Shown in pieces: positions 26,997 through 36,365 of a stretch of 64,000 nucleotides of DNA. The DNA is from Deltaproteobacteria bacterium. Lineage in GTDB: Bacteria > Desulfobacterota > Syntrophia > Syntrophales > UBA6807. Numbering within the stretch: the stretch's first letter is position 1; the number at the start of each line of letters is the position of its first letter. The notes below the pieces were generated by a model. That model made no database searches and was not told the DNA's origin. It saw nothing but the letters and a program-made list of their open reading frames with translations. Location of the stretch: assembly GCA_016935565.1 (NCBI GenBank), contig JAFGQS010000110.1:27532-91531 (forward strand), given 5' to 3'. The position numbers were made by a program, and so were the translations under genes.

Positions 26997-27969
26997 TTAC
27001 TATTCGACCTTCAGAAGCTAATCGCTTCGCAACTTCAATGATAGTTCTCTGACTCATCTCTATCTCAGATACACGTGTGGGTGGCATAAGCTCGATATCC
27101 TCCATAAGCATCTCTGCCGCACGCTTCGACATATTTTTCAAGATCTTCTCCCGCAGCGTCGGTTCGAGCATCTTAATGGCACGGGCCAGATCTTCACCAC
27201 TGACTTCCTGTAATATCTCCCTCATACTCTTATCATCTAACTTCAGTACATCATCAAACGTAAACATGAGATTCCTGATTTCGTTTGCCAGTTCAGGAGT
27301 AGTATTATCGAGCGCTTCAAGAATTGAGCTCTCCGCATTTCTGCTCATTTGGTTCAATACTTCTGCTGCCAGGTTAACGCCACCAAAATACTGCTCGCTA
27401 ATTCCACCACCAACAACAATCTCAGATTCGAGGGCCCTGGTCATTTCATCAATAAACTCCCGGGGAACACTTTTCAGTGTTGCCATTCTCTTCAAGATTT
27501 CAGCCTGTTGTTCGGGAGACAGATTCTCAAGTATATCAGCTGCCTGTGGAGGTTTCAGATGTGCCAATATGAGTGCGATGGTCTGGGGATGCTCCATTTT
27601 TGTAAATTCCACCAGAACTTTGGGATCAATATCTTTCAACTTGTCAATGAGGGGATTCTCCTGTATTTTGAAAGTGTCCTTCTCAATTGCTTCGAGGAGT
27701 TTCTCAGCCCGATCTGCCCCGAGGGCTTTTATAATGATATTTCGAATAACGTCGTCCTGTACTGATACTATACGTTTCCCCTTTTCTTGAGCTAATGAGC
27801 AAAATTCTTTGGCGACAAACTCCATATCGGCATTTGATATTTTCGATAGGCGGTTCATGGATGTACCTAACCGCTTGATTTCATCGGGCCTCAAATTTTT
27901 TATAACACGTGCTGCAAGATTCTCTTCCAGACTCAAGATCAATATCGCTGCCTTCTCATCGTTTGTCAT
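26962..27969 (-). CDS. fliG: Flagellar rotor protein FliG
   Basis: 335 aa. EKAAILILSLEE..., the MFTFDD motif and the torque-helix region are all present. Confidence 0.95.
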   Translation of the reverse strand: MTNDEKAAILILSLEENLAARVIKNLRPDEIKRLGTSMNRLSKISNADMEFVAKEFCSLAQEKGKRIVSVQDDVIRNIIIKALGADRAEKLLEAIEKDTFKIQENPLIDKLKDIDPKVLVEFTKMEHPQTIALILAHLKPPQAADILENLSPEQQAEILKRMATLKSVPREFIDEMTRALESEIVVGGGISEQYFGGVNLAAEVLNQMSRNAESSILEALDNTTPELANEIRNLMFTFDDVLKLDDKSMREILQEVSGEDLARAIKMLEPTLREKILKNMSKRAAEMLMEDIELMPPTRVSEIEMSQRTIIEVAKRLASEGRIVIARGAEEDEFI

Positions 27970-28006
27970 AAATCACAATCCCCTAACTAACACGCTTTTC
28001 GGAACC

Positions 28007-29581
28007 TTATTTCAACCAATTTCTAACCAATTCTGCAAAATCCTGGGAATCTCTCGTGGCCATCTGCCGCACCAGTTCAACCTCTTGTGGAATTTGTTTT
28101 GTTGAGTCATCTAACTTCATGAGATTGCCTTCCATATCCAGTTTACCGTCTGCAACATATCTGTCACTCATCCTGACTCCTCCTTCCTTGCCCTTCGCTA
28201 TAAGAAATGCCACTAAAGGACGGAGAATAATAAACACCAACAACAAGAGAGCTATTAGAGAAACGACGAATTTAATCGCCGGGATCAAAGAGATCAGGAT
28301 ATTCTTCCACGAACCATCCTCGCTCATGGCCACATCCATGTGAACCTTTTTAAACGGAGCGCTTGATATGACTACCGTATCTCCCCGCCTGGCATCAAAA
28401 CCAACTGATTTTTTTACAAGATTTTCTAAGACAGCCAAGTCTTCCTTGGATCGTGGCTGAAACGTCTCTACCCCTTTATCATCTTTCACATAATTTCCAT
28501 CCACGAGAACTGCGACTGACAGTCTCTTAATCTCTCCTACGGGCATCACCGTTTTACTGACAACCCGCGTAATTTCATAATTAATGACCTCATCACTTTT
28601 TTCTCGACTCGTACGATAGACATCGCCACCCTGTCTCTCCGTAGGACTTACCGTGCTTTGTCCTTTTCCTGAAAAAGGTGTTCCCGATTTTTCAATCTTG
28701 CGATGAACACTCCTGACAACCGGTTCCTCAGGATCATACACTTCTTCCGTTTTTTCAGTAACCTGAAAATCATGTGTGGCAGACACTTTGGCAACAACCT
28801 TGCCCTGACCGACAACCTTTTCCAGCATGGATTGAATTCTGGTGGAAAGTTCTTTTTCCACATTTTTCTGATATCCTATCTGTGAATTAGTCATCTGTGA
28901 GAATTCAGAGTCCGGTACCGTCTTTGATAAGACGTTCCCGTTGCTATCAACGACCATCACCTCATTCGGGTTCAGGCCTTCTACACTGCTGGCTACCAAT
29001 CGGATGATCCCGTCCACTTGGGATGATTGCAGTTTTCTTCCCGAATTCAGTTTTAAAAATACGGATGCGGTTGGTTTCGCCTGCTGCTCGATGAAAAGTG
29101 ACTTTTGGGGTATGACAATGTGAACTCTGCTCTTTTGGATTTCATCAAGGCTGCTAATCGTTCGTGCCAATTCTCCCTGTAATGCCCTTTGGTAATTGAG
29201 TTGTTGAACAAATTCAGTAACCCCGAAATTTTTATTATCAAATATTTCAAATCCCACCGCCCCGCCTTGCGGCAATCCTGACGATGCTAAATCAAGCCTC
29301 AACTCTGAGACTTTTTGCGATGGGACCCTGATGGAATCCCCTGTCGGAGATAGTTTGTAGGAAATCTTTTTTTCCTCGAGCTTGGCAATAATTTTTCCCG
29401 CATCATCATTGGAGAGATTTGAAAAGAGCACCCTGTATTCTTGTTGGTTCACAAAAAAGACCAACGACCAGATACTCAACAGACTGACGGCCGCTGCTAT
29501 TACGACAACCATCTTTTTTGACGGCGTCAGTGCGTTGAAACCTTTTAATACCTGACTCACGAATTGAAATATCGAATCCAT
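28007..29581 (-). CDS. fliF: MS-ring protein FliF
   Basis: 524 aa, two transmembrane segments, conserved LNYQRALQGELARTI block. Confidence 0.95.
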   Translation of the reverse strand: MDSIFQFVSQVLKGFNALTPSKKMVVVIAAAVSLLSIWSLVFFVNQQEYRVLFSNLSNDDAGKIIAKLEEKKISYKLSPTGDSIRVPSQKVSELRLDLASSGLPQGGAVGFEIFDNKNFGVTEFVQQLNYQRALQGELARTISSLDEIQKSRVHIVIPQKSLFIEQQAKPTASVFLKLNSGRKLQSSQVDGIIRLVASSVEGLNPNEVMVVDSNGNVLSKTVPDSEFSQMTNSQIGYQKNVEKELSTRIQSMLEKVVGQGKVVAKVSATHDFQVTEKTEEVYDPEEPVVRSVHRKIEKSGTPFSGKGQSTVSPTERQGGDVYRTSREKSDEVINYEITRVVSKTVMPVGEIKRLSVAVLVDGNYVKDDKGVETFQPRSKEDLAVLENLVKKSVGFDARRGDTVVISSAPFKKVHMDVAMSEDGSWKNILISLIPAIKFVVSLIALLLLVFIILRPLVAFLIAKGKEGGVRMSDRYVADGKLDMEGNLMKLDDSTKQIPQEVELVRQMATRDSQDFAELVRNWLK

Positions 29582-29631
29582 ATTCCCTTATGCCCTTTTT
29601 TCTCCATGTATATTTTTTACACTATCCACAT

Positions 29632-29934
29632 TTAGACTTGCATTCTCATGATTTCCTGATAGGCATCCAGAATCTTATTCCTCACCGTCATCATTACCCT
29701 GAAGGAAATGTTCGCCTTTTCCAGGGCTATCATGGCTTCGTGTATACTGCCTGAATCTTCCAATTCTACCTTTGTGATAGCCTTGTCGGCATCTACCTGG
29801 AGTTCGTTGATTTCGCTGATCGTGTTTTTTAATACGTCGCTAAAAGATGTTTTGATATTTTTACCGGCAACATTTTCCCCCTGGTTGTTCGAGATATGTT
29901 GTGTAAGATTACCGCGGATGGATACATTATTCAT
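29632..29934 (-). CDS. fliE: Flagellar hook-basal body protein FliE
   Basis: 100 aa. SFSDVLKNTISEINELQ... and C-terminus VRNKILDAYQEIMRMQV. Confidence 0.9.
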   Translation of the reverse strand: MNNVSIRGNLTQHISNNQGENVAGKNIKTSFSDVLKNTISEINELQVDADKAITKVELEDSGSIHEAMIALEKANISFRVMMTVRNKILDAYQEIMRMQV

Positions 29935-30051
29935 GATACTGACCCCCTGCTGTCTGAGAACGCAGATTTTGTTAAAAGATCTTGATAATCTGCGTGTATT
30001 ACTGTTCCATTAAAGACAGAATGCTCGGACTCTGCCGTTACAACGCAGCTG

Positions 30052-30477
30052 CTATTTCCCAATATCCAATGTCTTGAGTGCCATATTCTTCGTTGCATCG
30101 AATACGGTGACACACGCTTCATATGCTCTATGGGCCGCAATCATATCTGACATTTCTATAATCGAATTAATGTTTGGCCTGGAGACAAATCCACTCTCAT
30201 CAGCATCGGGATGGTGCGGGTCATAGGCCGTTTTTACACTTTTTTCGTCTTCAACTATGTCGTCGACTCGCACCGCTTGCAAAGATGCATCCAGAACATT
30301 GTCAAAACTTCCGTTCACGGGTTCAGCCGAAAAAACAACTACCTTCCTCTTGTACGGCCCACCTTCAGGTGTACGTGTCGTGTTAACATTCGCAAGGTTT
30401 GTAACAATAACATCCATTTTTGCCCGCTGGGCCGCGAATCCCGATGCACAGACCTTAAATGTATCAGCAAAATCCAT
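30052..30477 (-). CDS. flgC: Proximal rod protein FlgC
   Basis: 141 aa. VIVTNLANVNTTRTPEGGPYKRK and AHRAYEACVTV motifs. Confidence 0.95.
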   Translation of the reverse strand: MDFADTFKVCASGFAAQRAKMDVIVTNLANVNTTRTPEGGPYKRKVVVFSAEPVNGSFDNVLDASLQAVRVDDIVEDEKSVKTAYDPHHPDADESGFVSRPNINSIIEMSDMIAAHRAYEACVTVFDATKNMALKTLDIGK

Positions 30478-30478
30478 A

Positions 30479-30853
30479 TTACTTCACCTCCTTGAGTACC
30501 GTTGTCAGGCTTCTGAACTTTCTTGCTAACAACTCTACTGAAAGATTGTACATTAAATTGTTTTCTGCCAATCTTGTCATCTCCTTATCAATGTTTACCT
30601 TATTACCTTCATTAACCATTTCATATTCATCACAACCCTTTGAGGATAAGTGCCCGGGATTCGTTTTATGTATCGCAACACTTTTTTCACTGCACATCAT
30701 TCCATCCAGCTCTTTTTTAAAGACAATATCTTTGGGTATATACCCCGGGGTATCGATATTCGCGATATTTGCGGCTATCAGTTTATGTCTCTTCGACTGA
30801 TATTCCATCATGGTTGATAACACGTCGACTGTTTTGCCGAATAACTTTTCCAT
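30479..30853 (-). CDS. flgB: Proximal rod protein FlgB
   Basis: 124 aa. IAANIANIDTPGYIPKD motif. First gene of flgBC-fliE. Confidence 0.9.
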   Translation of the reverse strand: MEKLFGKTVDVLSTMMEYQSKRHKLIAANIANIDTPGYIPKDIVFKKELDGMMCSEKSVAIHKTNPGHLSSKGCDEYEMVNEGNKVNIDKEMTRLAENNLMYNLSVELLARKFRSLTTVLKEVK

Positions 30854-30877
30854 ATGAGTACCTCTCAGGAATCAAGA

Positions 30878-30893
30878 TGCAATGCCCGTACCA
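30878..30893 (-). promoter_or_regulatory. Sigma54 promoter candidate for flgB-...-fliJ
   Basis: The reverse complement reads TGGTACGGGCATTGCA with exact spacing. It lies 25-40 nt upstream of the flgB ATG, and a GAGAGG RBS falls between them. Confidence 0.6.
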
Positions 30894-30932
30894 AAATGCA
30901 ACACAAGCAAACTATTACTCCGTACTCACCTC

Positions 30933-32333
30933 TCACCTGTTATCGATCATAGATTCATCGTTCTTATACTCATTGAGTTTATTTCTCATGGTTCGAACAC
31001 TGATACCTAATATTTTTGACGCCCGTGTCTTATTCCCACCAACTTTTTCTAATGTGTCGAATATAAGCCCCTTCTCATAATCCCGTAACGTTAATCCCTG
31101 AGACGTATCAGCCTGCTCACCGCCGGCTATTTGATGTGTATTTTCTGTGTGTTCCGTGTTCCCGCAGTCTCCATCCATATAAAGATGTTCGGGCAGGATT
31201 ATGTCGTCTCTACAGATTAAGACCGACCGTTCGATAACATTTTCCAGTTCTCTCACATTACCCGGCCAATCATGTTCTTCCAATATTACTTTGACGTCTT
31301 TTGAGACCTTACAATTTTTTCTTCCATTACGTTTGTTAAATTTTTTTAAAAAATAGTCAGTCAGGACACCAATGTCATCTCTTCGTTCCCTCAGCGGCGG
31401 AATCTTGACGGGAATGACATTCAGGCGATAGTAGAGATCGTCTCTGAATTTCTTTTCAGAAACACGTTTTTTCAGATCCGCATTTGTCGTCGCTATTATT
31501 CTCACATCGACTGGTACAGGACCCTTACCACCCAATCTGTCCACTTCGGATTCCTGAATAACTCTGAGAAGTTTTGCCTGAAGCTGGAGGTCCATCTCGC
31601 TAATCTCATCCAGCAACAGCGTTCCACCATGTGCCAATTCAAACTTTCCCAATCTCTTTATGGCTGCACCGGTAAACGCACCTTTTTCATAACCGAACAT
31701 CTCACTCTCAAGCAGATTATGCGGTATAGCAGAACAATTAACTGCTACGAATGGCATACGTGACCTGTCGCTACAATGGTGTATATAACGGGCTATCAAT
31801 TCTTTACCGGTCCCGCTCTCTCCCTGTATAAGAACACTCGAGTTGCTCCTGGCTATGCCTTTCAGTAAATCCAGGAGGGACAGCATCCTATCGTCTCTCG
31901 TTACGATTGTTTTCTTTGAGGAGAGGTGCTCTCGCTTCGTATATCCTGACGTGCTTTCATCCTGTTCATTCTTTGACACGACGTTTTTTACCACCAACTC
32001 CAGATGCTCCAACGAGAAGGGTTTCATGATAAAGTCCGAAGCACCTTCCTTCATGGCTTCCACGGCCGTATTGACGGTTCCATAAGCCGTAATGACAATA
32101 ACGGGAGTTTCATGGGACGTTTCTTTAATACGACGGAGGACCTCCATTCCTCCCTTTTTTGGCATCCTTACATCCGTGATGACAAGATCATACAGACCCT
32201 CCTGGAACTTGTTCAATGCGTCATCACCATTGTTTGCAGTAATGACTTCATATCCACAGCTCTCAAGAGACTCTGAAAGGGCCATTCTCATTGAAGGTTC
32301 ATCGTCTACGACTAAAATCGATTTTGTTTCCAT
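30933..32333 (-). CDS. Sigma54-dependent response regulator (NtrC family, FlrC/FleR/FlgR-like by context)
   Basis: REC domain (ILVVDDEPSMR...VITDVRMP), AAA+ domain ([23 protein letters not shown]) and a Fis-type HTH. Adjacent to an HK and to flgB. Confidence 0.9.
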   Translation of the reverse strand: METKSILVVDDEPSMRMALSESLESCGYEVITANNGDDALNKFQEGLYDLVITDVRMPKKGGMEVLRRIKETSHETPVIVITAYGTVNTAVEAMKEGASDFIMKPFSLEHLELVVKNVVSKNEQDESTSGYTKREHLSSKKTIVTRDDRMLSLLDLLKGIARSNSSVLIQGESGTGKELIARYIHHCSDRSRMPFVAVNCSAIPHNLLESEMFGYEKGAFTGAAIKRLGKFELAHGGTLLLDEISEMDLQLQAKLLRVIQESEVDRLGGKGPVPVDVRIIATTNADLKKRVSEKKFRDDLYYRLNVIPVKIPPLRERRDDIGVLTDYFLKKFNKRNGRKNCKVSKDVKVILEEHDWPGNVRELENVIERSVLICRDDIILPEHLYMDGDCGNTEHTENTHQIAGGEQADTSQGLTLRDYEKGLIFDTLEKVGGNKTRASKILGISVRTMRNKLNEYKNDESMIDNR

Positions 32334-32342
32334 TATTTACAA

Positions 32343-33092
32343 CTATCCAACTTTAATATTTCTACTCAATCCGGTATCGTATTCCCTCATCAGTGGAAAG
32401 GTTACGTGGAAAACGGTTCCGCCGGTCTTTCCGCTCTCTACGTCTATAGTACCTCCGTGAACATCGACTATGTTATGAACGATTGCAAGACCGATCCCTG
32501 CTCCCTTTTCCCTGGTCGTAAAGAAGGGGTTAAATATTCTCTGAATGTTTTCCGGAGGAATTCCTGTACCCGTATCAACAAAGCTGACATCAGCATATGA
32601 TTGTTGGCTTTTCCCCTCCTCGCCTCTTCGTTCAGACCTCTTCGTTTCAATATGAAGATGTCCGCCATCGGGCATCGCCTGATACGCATTCAGTACCAGA
32701 TTTAAAAAGACCTGTTTCAACAACTCTGTGTCACCCTCAACGTACAGATCCACATCCGCATATGATACTGAAAATGAGATGTTTTCCTTCTCTATAATGT
32801 CCTGGGCAAAAGCCACAATCTCTCTGAGAACACCGAGAAGGTTAACTCGTTTCATGACCGGATTGAGCTCTCTGGCAAATAAAAGAAGATTGGATAACGT
32901 CGTATCCACATTCCTTACAGACCGAATGATCTGAGACGCTCTGTTCCGGACCTTCTCATCCCTGCCTTCCTTCATTATAAGGGATGCGAAGAGTTCTATA
33001 CTTCCCAGGGGATTCCTGATCTCATGAGCAATGTTTGCGGCCAAATCGCCTATAGCAGTAAGTGTTTCTGCCCGTTTGTTCATCTCTTCCAA
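32343..33092 (-). CDS. Sensor-less histidine kinase (DHp + HATPase only), partner of the flagellar sigma54 RR
   Basis: H-box AHEIRNPLGSI only about 20 aa from the start, N box LNLVLNAYQAM, G1 DTGTGI, G2 GAGIGLAIV. The ORF begins at a TTG (33092), and the first ATG is at 33083. Confidence 0.85.
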   Translation of the reverse strand: MEEMNKRAETLTAIGDLAANIAHEIRNPLGSIELFASLIMKEGRDEKVRNRASQIIRSVRNVDTTLSNLLLFARELNPVMKRVNLLGVLREIVAFAQDIIEKENISFSVSYADVDLYVEGDTELLKQVFLNLVLNAYQAMPDGGHLHIETKRSERRGEEGKSQQSYADVSFVDTGTGIPPENIQRIFNPFFTTREKGAGIGLAIVHNIVDVHGGTIDVESGKTGGTVFHVTFPLMREYDTGLSRNIKVG

Positions 33093-33365
33093 TTTCTCAA
33101 TCCTCGCAATATTCCGAACAGTAAATCACCCCGCCTACAAGGTGGAGCATCTGAGGAAATCAATATTTTATAGCTACTTATGGCGGGTAAACGTTTCTTC
33201 ACCGTTTACAAAACGGTGTATTCACGTTTCTGATTTCATAAAAATTCTCACCTCGCTGCCCGGTCCGTCGGGGTCCTGGATAACCACGATGCTAAACATG
33301 ACGAGTGGTCCGGATACTCCTGAAACTTCCAAAGTCCCCCCTCGTATCACGACCTTTGTTCAAAA

Positions 33366-33665
33366 TCATCCCCGTGTTTTCCCTACCAAAACTGTTTCTC
33401 CGATCACATACGGTGAGCTATCGTTTGACAACACACAAATATGTTTCCCTTTGCCACCCTGTAGCAGCAGTTTTTCCGGATAATCACCACAGGCCTTCGG
33501 CGAAAACAATTCTAACTGACTCTTAATCACCATGAAACGGGATCCGTAACCACCTCTTTTGAAGGAGTCGTTTGCCCCGTCTTTTCTCATAGCAATATTA
33601 CGTAAACATATCCGACGATCGTTATACTTTACTTTATTGCAAAACGTTCTGATTTCCTTTTTCAC
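33366..33665 (-). CDS. Hypothetical 99-aa ORF, possibly a remnant (see findings)
   Basis: This is an ORF only. No family is recognised. It ends in TGA-TTT-TGA and lies in the same frame as the downstream HK. Confidence 0.3.
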   Translation of the reverse strand: MKKEIRTFCNKVKYNDRRICLRNIAMRKDGANDSFKRGGYGSRFMVIKSQLELFSPKACGDYPEKLLLQGGKGKHICVLSNDSSPYVIGETVLVGKTRG

Positions 33666-33671
33666 GGGGGT

Positions 33672-36308
33672 TTAATTCAGTGCCAGGTACTCGCCGTATT
33701 TTTCCGACCAGATTCTATCTTCTCGATAATAATCAACGACGCGTGCCCAAAATTCTTCCCGGCTTTTTTCTGTCAGAGATTTGAAGGCCATATCGGCTGA
33801 AATTTCGTCATTTAAATTCATGTATCCACGCCCAATTTCATAGAGTGTCCAGAAATTTTGTTCGTTTTCAGGGACATAAGCCAAAGACTGTTTATACATA
33901 GAAATGCCTTTTTGATATTGTCCCGCTTTATAGAAACAATCACCGAGGCCTTCGTAAGCACCGGTAACGATCGGTTTGCAGTATGCCGAATTCATATTTT
34001 TGCATATACTGATGGCCTTTTTATAATTAATGAGTGCAGAAGGAGAAAATCCCATTTCCTTCAAAGAATCGGCATATCTCTTATACACGACATCGATCCT
34101 GTCACAATCTTTCCCGGAACCGAGCACATCAGCATAGAAACCTGCCGCCTTTTTAAAGAGTCTCTCCCGATAGTAAATGTCCCCCAATAATTTTTTTGTA
34201 TTAACGAGGACTGTCTCATCCGTTAGCGGCTGTTTCTTCAGTATATTCATGGCAATCTTCTTCGCACTGTCAAATCGACCCTGATCATAGTCAATCTCTG
34301 CCAGGGCAAGCGAAATCCTCACCGTGTTACTGTTATTTTTAGACATGTCTTTCATTTCTTCGAATACCGATGTTGCAAGGGTTGCCAAACCGGTGTTCTT
34401 CAAGCTGATCCCAACTTTGAATAGCGTTTCAAAGTCGCATTTCTCGGATAGACCGTTTTTTATTGCCTTAAAATATATATCCGAAACAGCTATATAGTCT
34501 TTCTTTGAAAAATTTTGATTAACCAGGTAACCGGCACAGACGATAAGATTTTCCTTGACTGCATCGTTGTATTTCCCCCATTGAAATCGATTCAGTAACA
34601 CAGTAAAGGTGTCAAATGCCTGCAGGTATTGTTGTTTGTGAAAAAAGGCATCCCCTTTTTGATACAGTATTTCTTCTTTCATCTCAGGCTGAGAAACTTT
34701 GTTCATCATAAATTCGTATGTATCTATGGGATTATGGTAATGCTCCAGGCCGCTCAGGATATAACCAGGTACGTTCAGACCGGGAGTTTTAATTCCCATA
34801 TTTGCCATCATAACCGCACTTTCCTGTGCTTCTTTGCTTTCCGGGTATCTTTCTATCACCAGTGTGAACACTTTAAGGCCGAGTGATAATCGGTCCATAC
34901 CGATATATGATCGGGCAAGTTTGTAAAGCACATCAGAACACTCTTTGTCTTCAGGAAACAGATTCATATAAACAAAGAATATTTCGAGGGCATCGTCATA
35001 TTTGCCGACTCGAAAATAATTTGATCCTACTTTCATGAGTACATCTCTGGGGACATCTTCCAAGTGGTGCCACTTTCTTATAGCTTTCTCATACCAGTAA
35101 TCAGCCATATCAAACTTGTGCAACTGGGTATAGCAATCACCTATCTGTAAATATGCATCCGTGACATATTGCCCGTTGGGATATGTTTCCACGTACTTTT
35201 TAAATTCTTCAACAGCTCCATCGTATTTTCTCGTGATAAATAACATCTTGCCGACCATAAAGAGTGATTCCGCCGCGTACACCGACGTAGGATATTTTGT
35301 ATAAAGATTTTGATATTCTTTTATTCCCTGATAATAAAGATTCAGGATATGGTAACTCCTGGCCAGACGATACATGACCAACTCATTTTTCTCATGCGAA
35401 TCAGGATAGAACTGGATAATGTATCGATAGTGATCAACGGCCTTTAAATAGTTATTTTTATCACTGTCTTTCTCCCCAAGCATGTAATAACAATCCGCCA
35501 GACACCGTAACACCGTTTCCTTCTGCTTCACGTTCGCAGGATTACCTTCGATAATTTCAGTCAGTTTTTTCACGGCATCCTCATACCGCCCCGACTGAAA
35601 ATCGAGCAGGGCCCTGTCATAGAGTGAGACGTTCTCTTTCGCTTTTTCTGTCAGGGAAACAGGAGTTTCTTTGGGAGGAACATTGACTTTATAAGCTGCC
35701 TGCTCTTTATCAATTCCTTCCTCTTTTGTGTCCGATATTATCTTTTTTTGAATTGCAACGCCTCGATCAGCACGCGGCTTGACCGGTTCTTCTTGTTGAA
35801 TTTTTGTTTCAACAAAAGTACTTTTCTCTCCTGATTTGTTGACTGGCACACTTGTTTTCTGGGGATTAGTAACAGGCACACTTCTCTGGGTGGTGGTTTT
35901 GCTTTTCTTTGTAACAGCCATACCTTTCGAGGGGAGGGCTTTGGCTGCTTTTTCAAGTTCATGAATGAAGACTTTTTTAATTAGCCCCTGTCTCTTGAGC
36001 CGTTCTCCGGCTTGCAAGGCCTCATTTCTGCTGTCATATTTACCTACCAATAACCGATACCATCTGCCACTGCCCGGAATATCGATAGTCTTATAGAAAG
36101 GCTTCCAGCCTTTTCTCTTTAACGATTCAACTGCATCATAAGAACTCTTTATATCTTTATATGAGGCGATCTGAATCGTGTAACAGAGACTGTGTGATTG
36201 TTGGCCGTAAACCTGAGAACATAATAGAAACAAACAGAGCGCTGAGGAAATAAGAAAAAACGGAACGCTCTGTTTTGTATTACAGATTCTGAAAAGAGAA
36301 AAAGTCAT
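33672..36308 (-). CDS. Secreted SPOR-domain plus multi-TPR protein
   Basis: Signal peptide after M69 of the ORF (MTFSLF...LLCSQVYG). SPOR-like block YTIQIASYKDIKSSYDAVESLKRKGWKPFYKTIDIPGSGRWYRLLVGKYDSRNEALQAGERLKRQG. A Lys/Pro/Thr-rich linker is followed by about 600 aa of TPR-like repeats. The start is set at ATG 36308 (the ORF track uses 36512), supported by an upstream -24/-12 element and an AGGA RBS. Confidence 0.8.
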   Translation of the reverse strand: MTFSLFRICNTKQSVPFFLISSALCLFLLCSQVYGQQSHSLCYTIQIASYKDIKSSYDAVESLKRKGWKPFYKTIDIPGSGRWYRLLVGKYDSRNEALQAGERLKRQGLIKKVFIHELEKAAKALPSKGMAVTKKSKTTTQRSVPVTNPQKTSVPVNKSGEKSTFVETKIQQEEPVKPRADRGVAIQKKIISDTKEEGIDKEQAAYKVNVPPKETPVSLTEKAKENVSLYDRALLDFQSGRYEDAVKKLTEIIEGNPANVKQKETVLRCLADCYYMLGEKDSDKNNYLKAVDHYRYIIQFYPDSHEKNELVMYRLARSYHILNLYYQGIKEYQNLYTKYPTSVYAAESLFMVGKMLFITRKYDGAVEEFKKYVETYPNGQYVTDAYLQIGDCYTQLHKFDMADYWYEKAIRKWHHLEDVPRDVLMKVGSNYFRVGKYDDALEIFFVYMNLFPEDKECSDVLYKLARSYIGMDRLSLGLKVFTLVIERYPESKEAQESAVMMANMGIKTPGLNVPGYILSGLEHYHNPIDTYEFMMNKVSQPEMKEEILYQKGDAFFHKQQYLQAFDTFTVLLNRFQWGKYNDAVKENLIVCAGYLVNQNFSKKDYIAVSDIYFKAIKNGLSEKCDFETLFKVGISLKNTGLATLATSVFEEMKDMSKNNSNTVRISLALAEIDYDQGRFDSAKKIAMNILKKQPLTDETVLVNTKKLLGDIYYRERLFKKAAGFYADVLGSGKDCDRIDVVYKRYADSLKEMGFSPSALINYKKAISICKNMNSAYCKPIVTGAYEGLGDCFYKAGQYQKGISMYKQSLAYVPENEQNFWTLYEIGRGYMNLNDEISADMAFKSLTEKSREEFWARVVDYYREDRIWSEKYGEYLALN

Positions 36309-36349
36309 GTTTGAATCCTGCAGAAATATTGTTTCTTTCCACGTATCAA

Positions 36350-36365
36350 AGCAATTTATATACCA
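36350..36365 (-). promoter_or_regulatory. Sigma54 promoter candidate for the SPOR-TPR gene
   Basis: The reverse complement reads TGGTATATAAATTGCT with correct GG-N10-GC spacing. It is AT-rich, so a chance match is more likely than at the other sites. Confidence 0.4.

Noticed and set aside
27077-27790. Long antisense ORFs opposite highly expressed or charged genes. Examples: 237 aa opposite fliG, 210 aa at 22294-22926 opposite fliK, 184 aa at 58453-59007 opposite hslU, 252 aa at 61296-62054 opposite the BFN and miaB genes, 249 aa at 54617-55366 opposite argF/argG, and 165 aa at 10579-11076 opposite flhA.
   Set aside because: Their Ser/Leu/Phe/Ile-rich, low-complexity translations are the mirror image of Glu/Lys/Asp-rich sense genes. 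There is no RBS or family signature, and every one is fully covered by a confidently identified gene on the other strand.
33360-33368. The TGA-TTT-TGA tandem stops at the end of the 99-aa ORF, considered as stop-codon recoding (selenocysteine, or TGA read as Gly) or programmed readthrough.
   Set aside because: TGA clearly terminates many well-defined genes in this window. The downstream frame also contains TAG and TAA stops, and no SECIS-like hairpin is evident. Decay or ordinary non-coding DNA is the simpler explanation.
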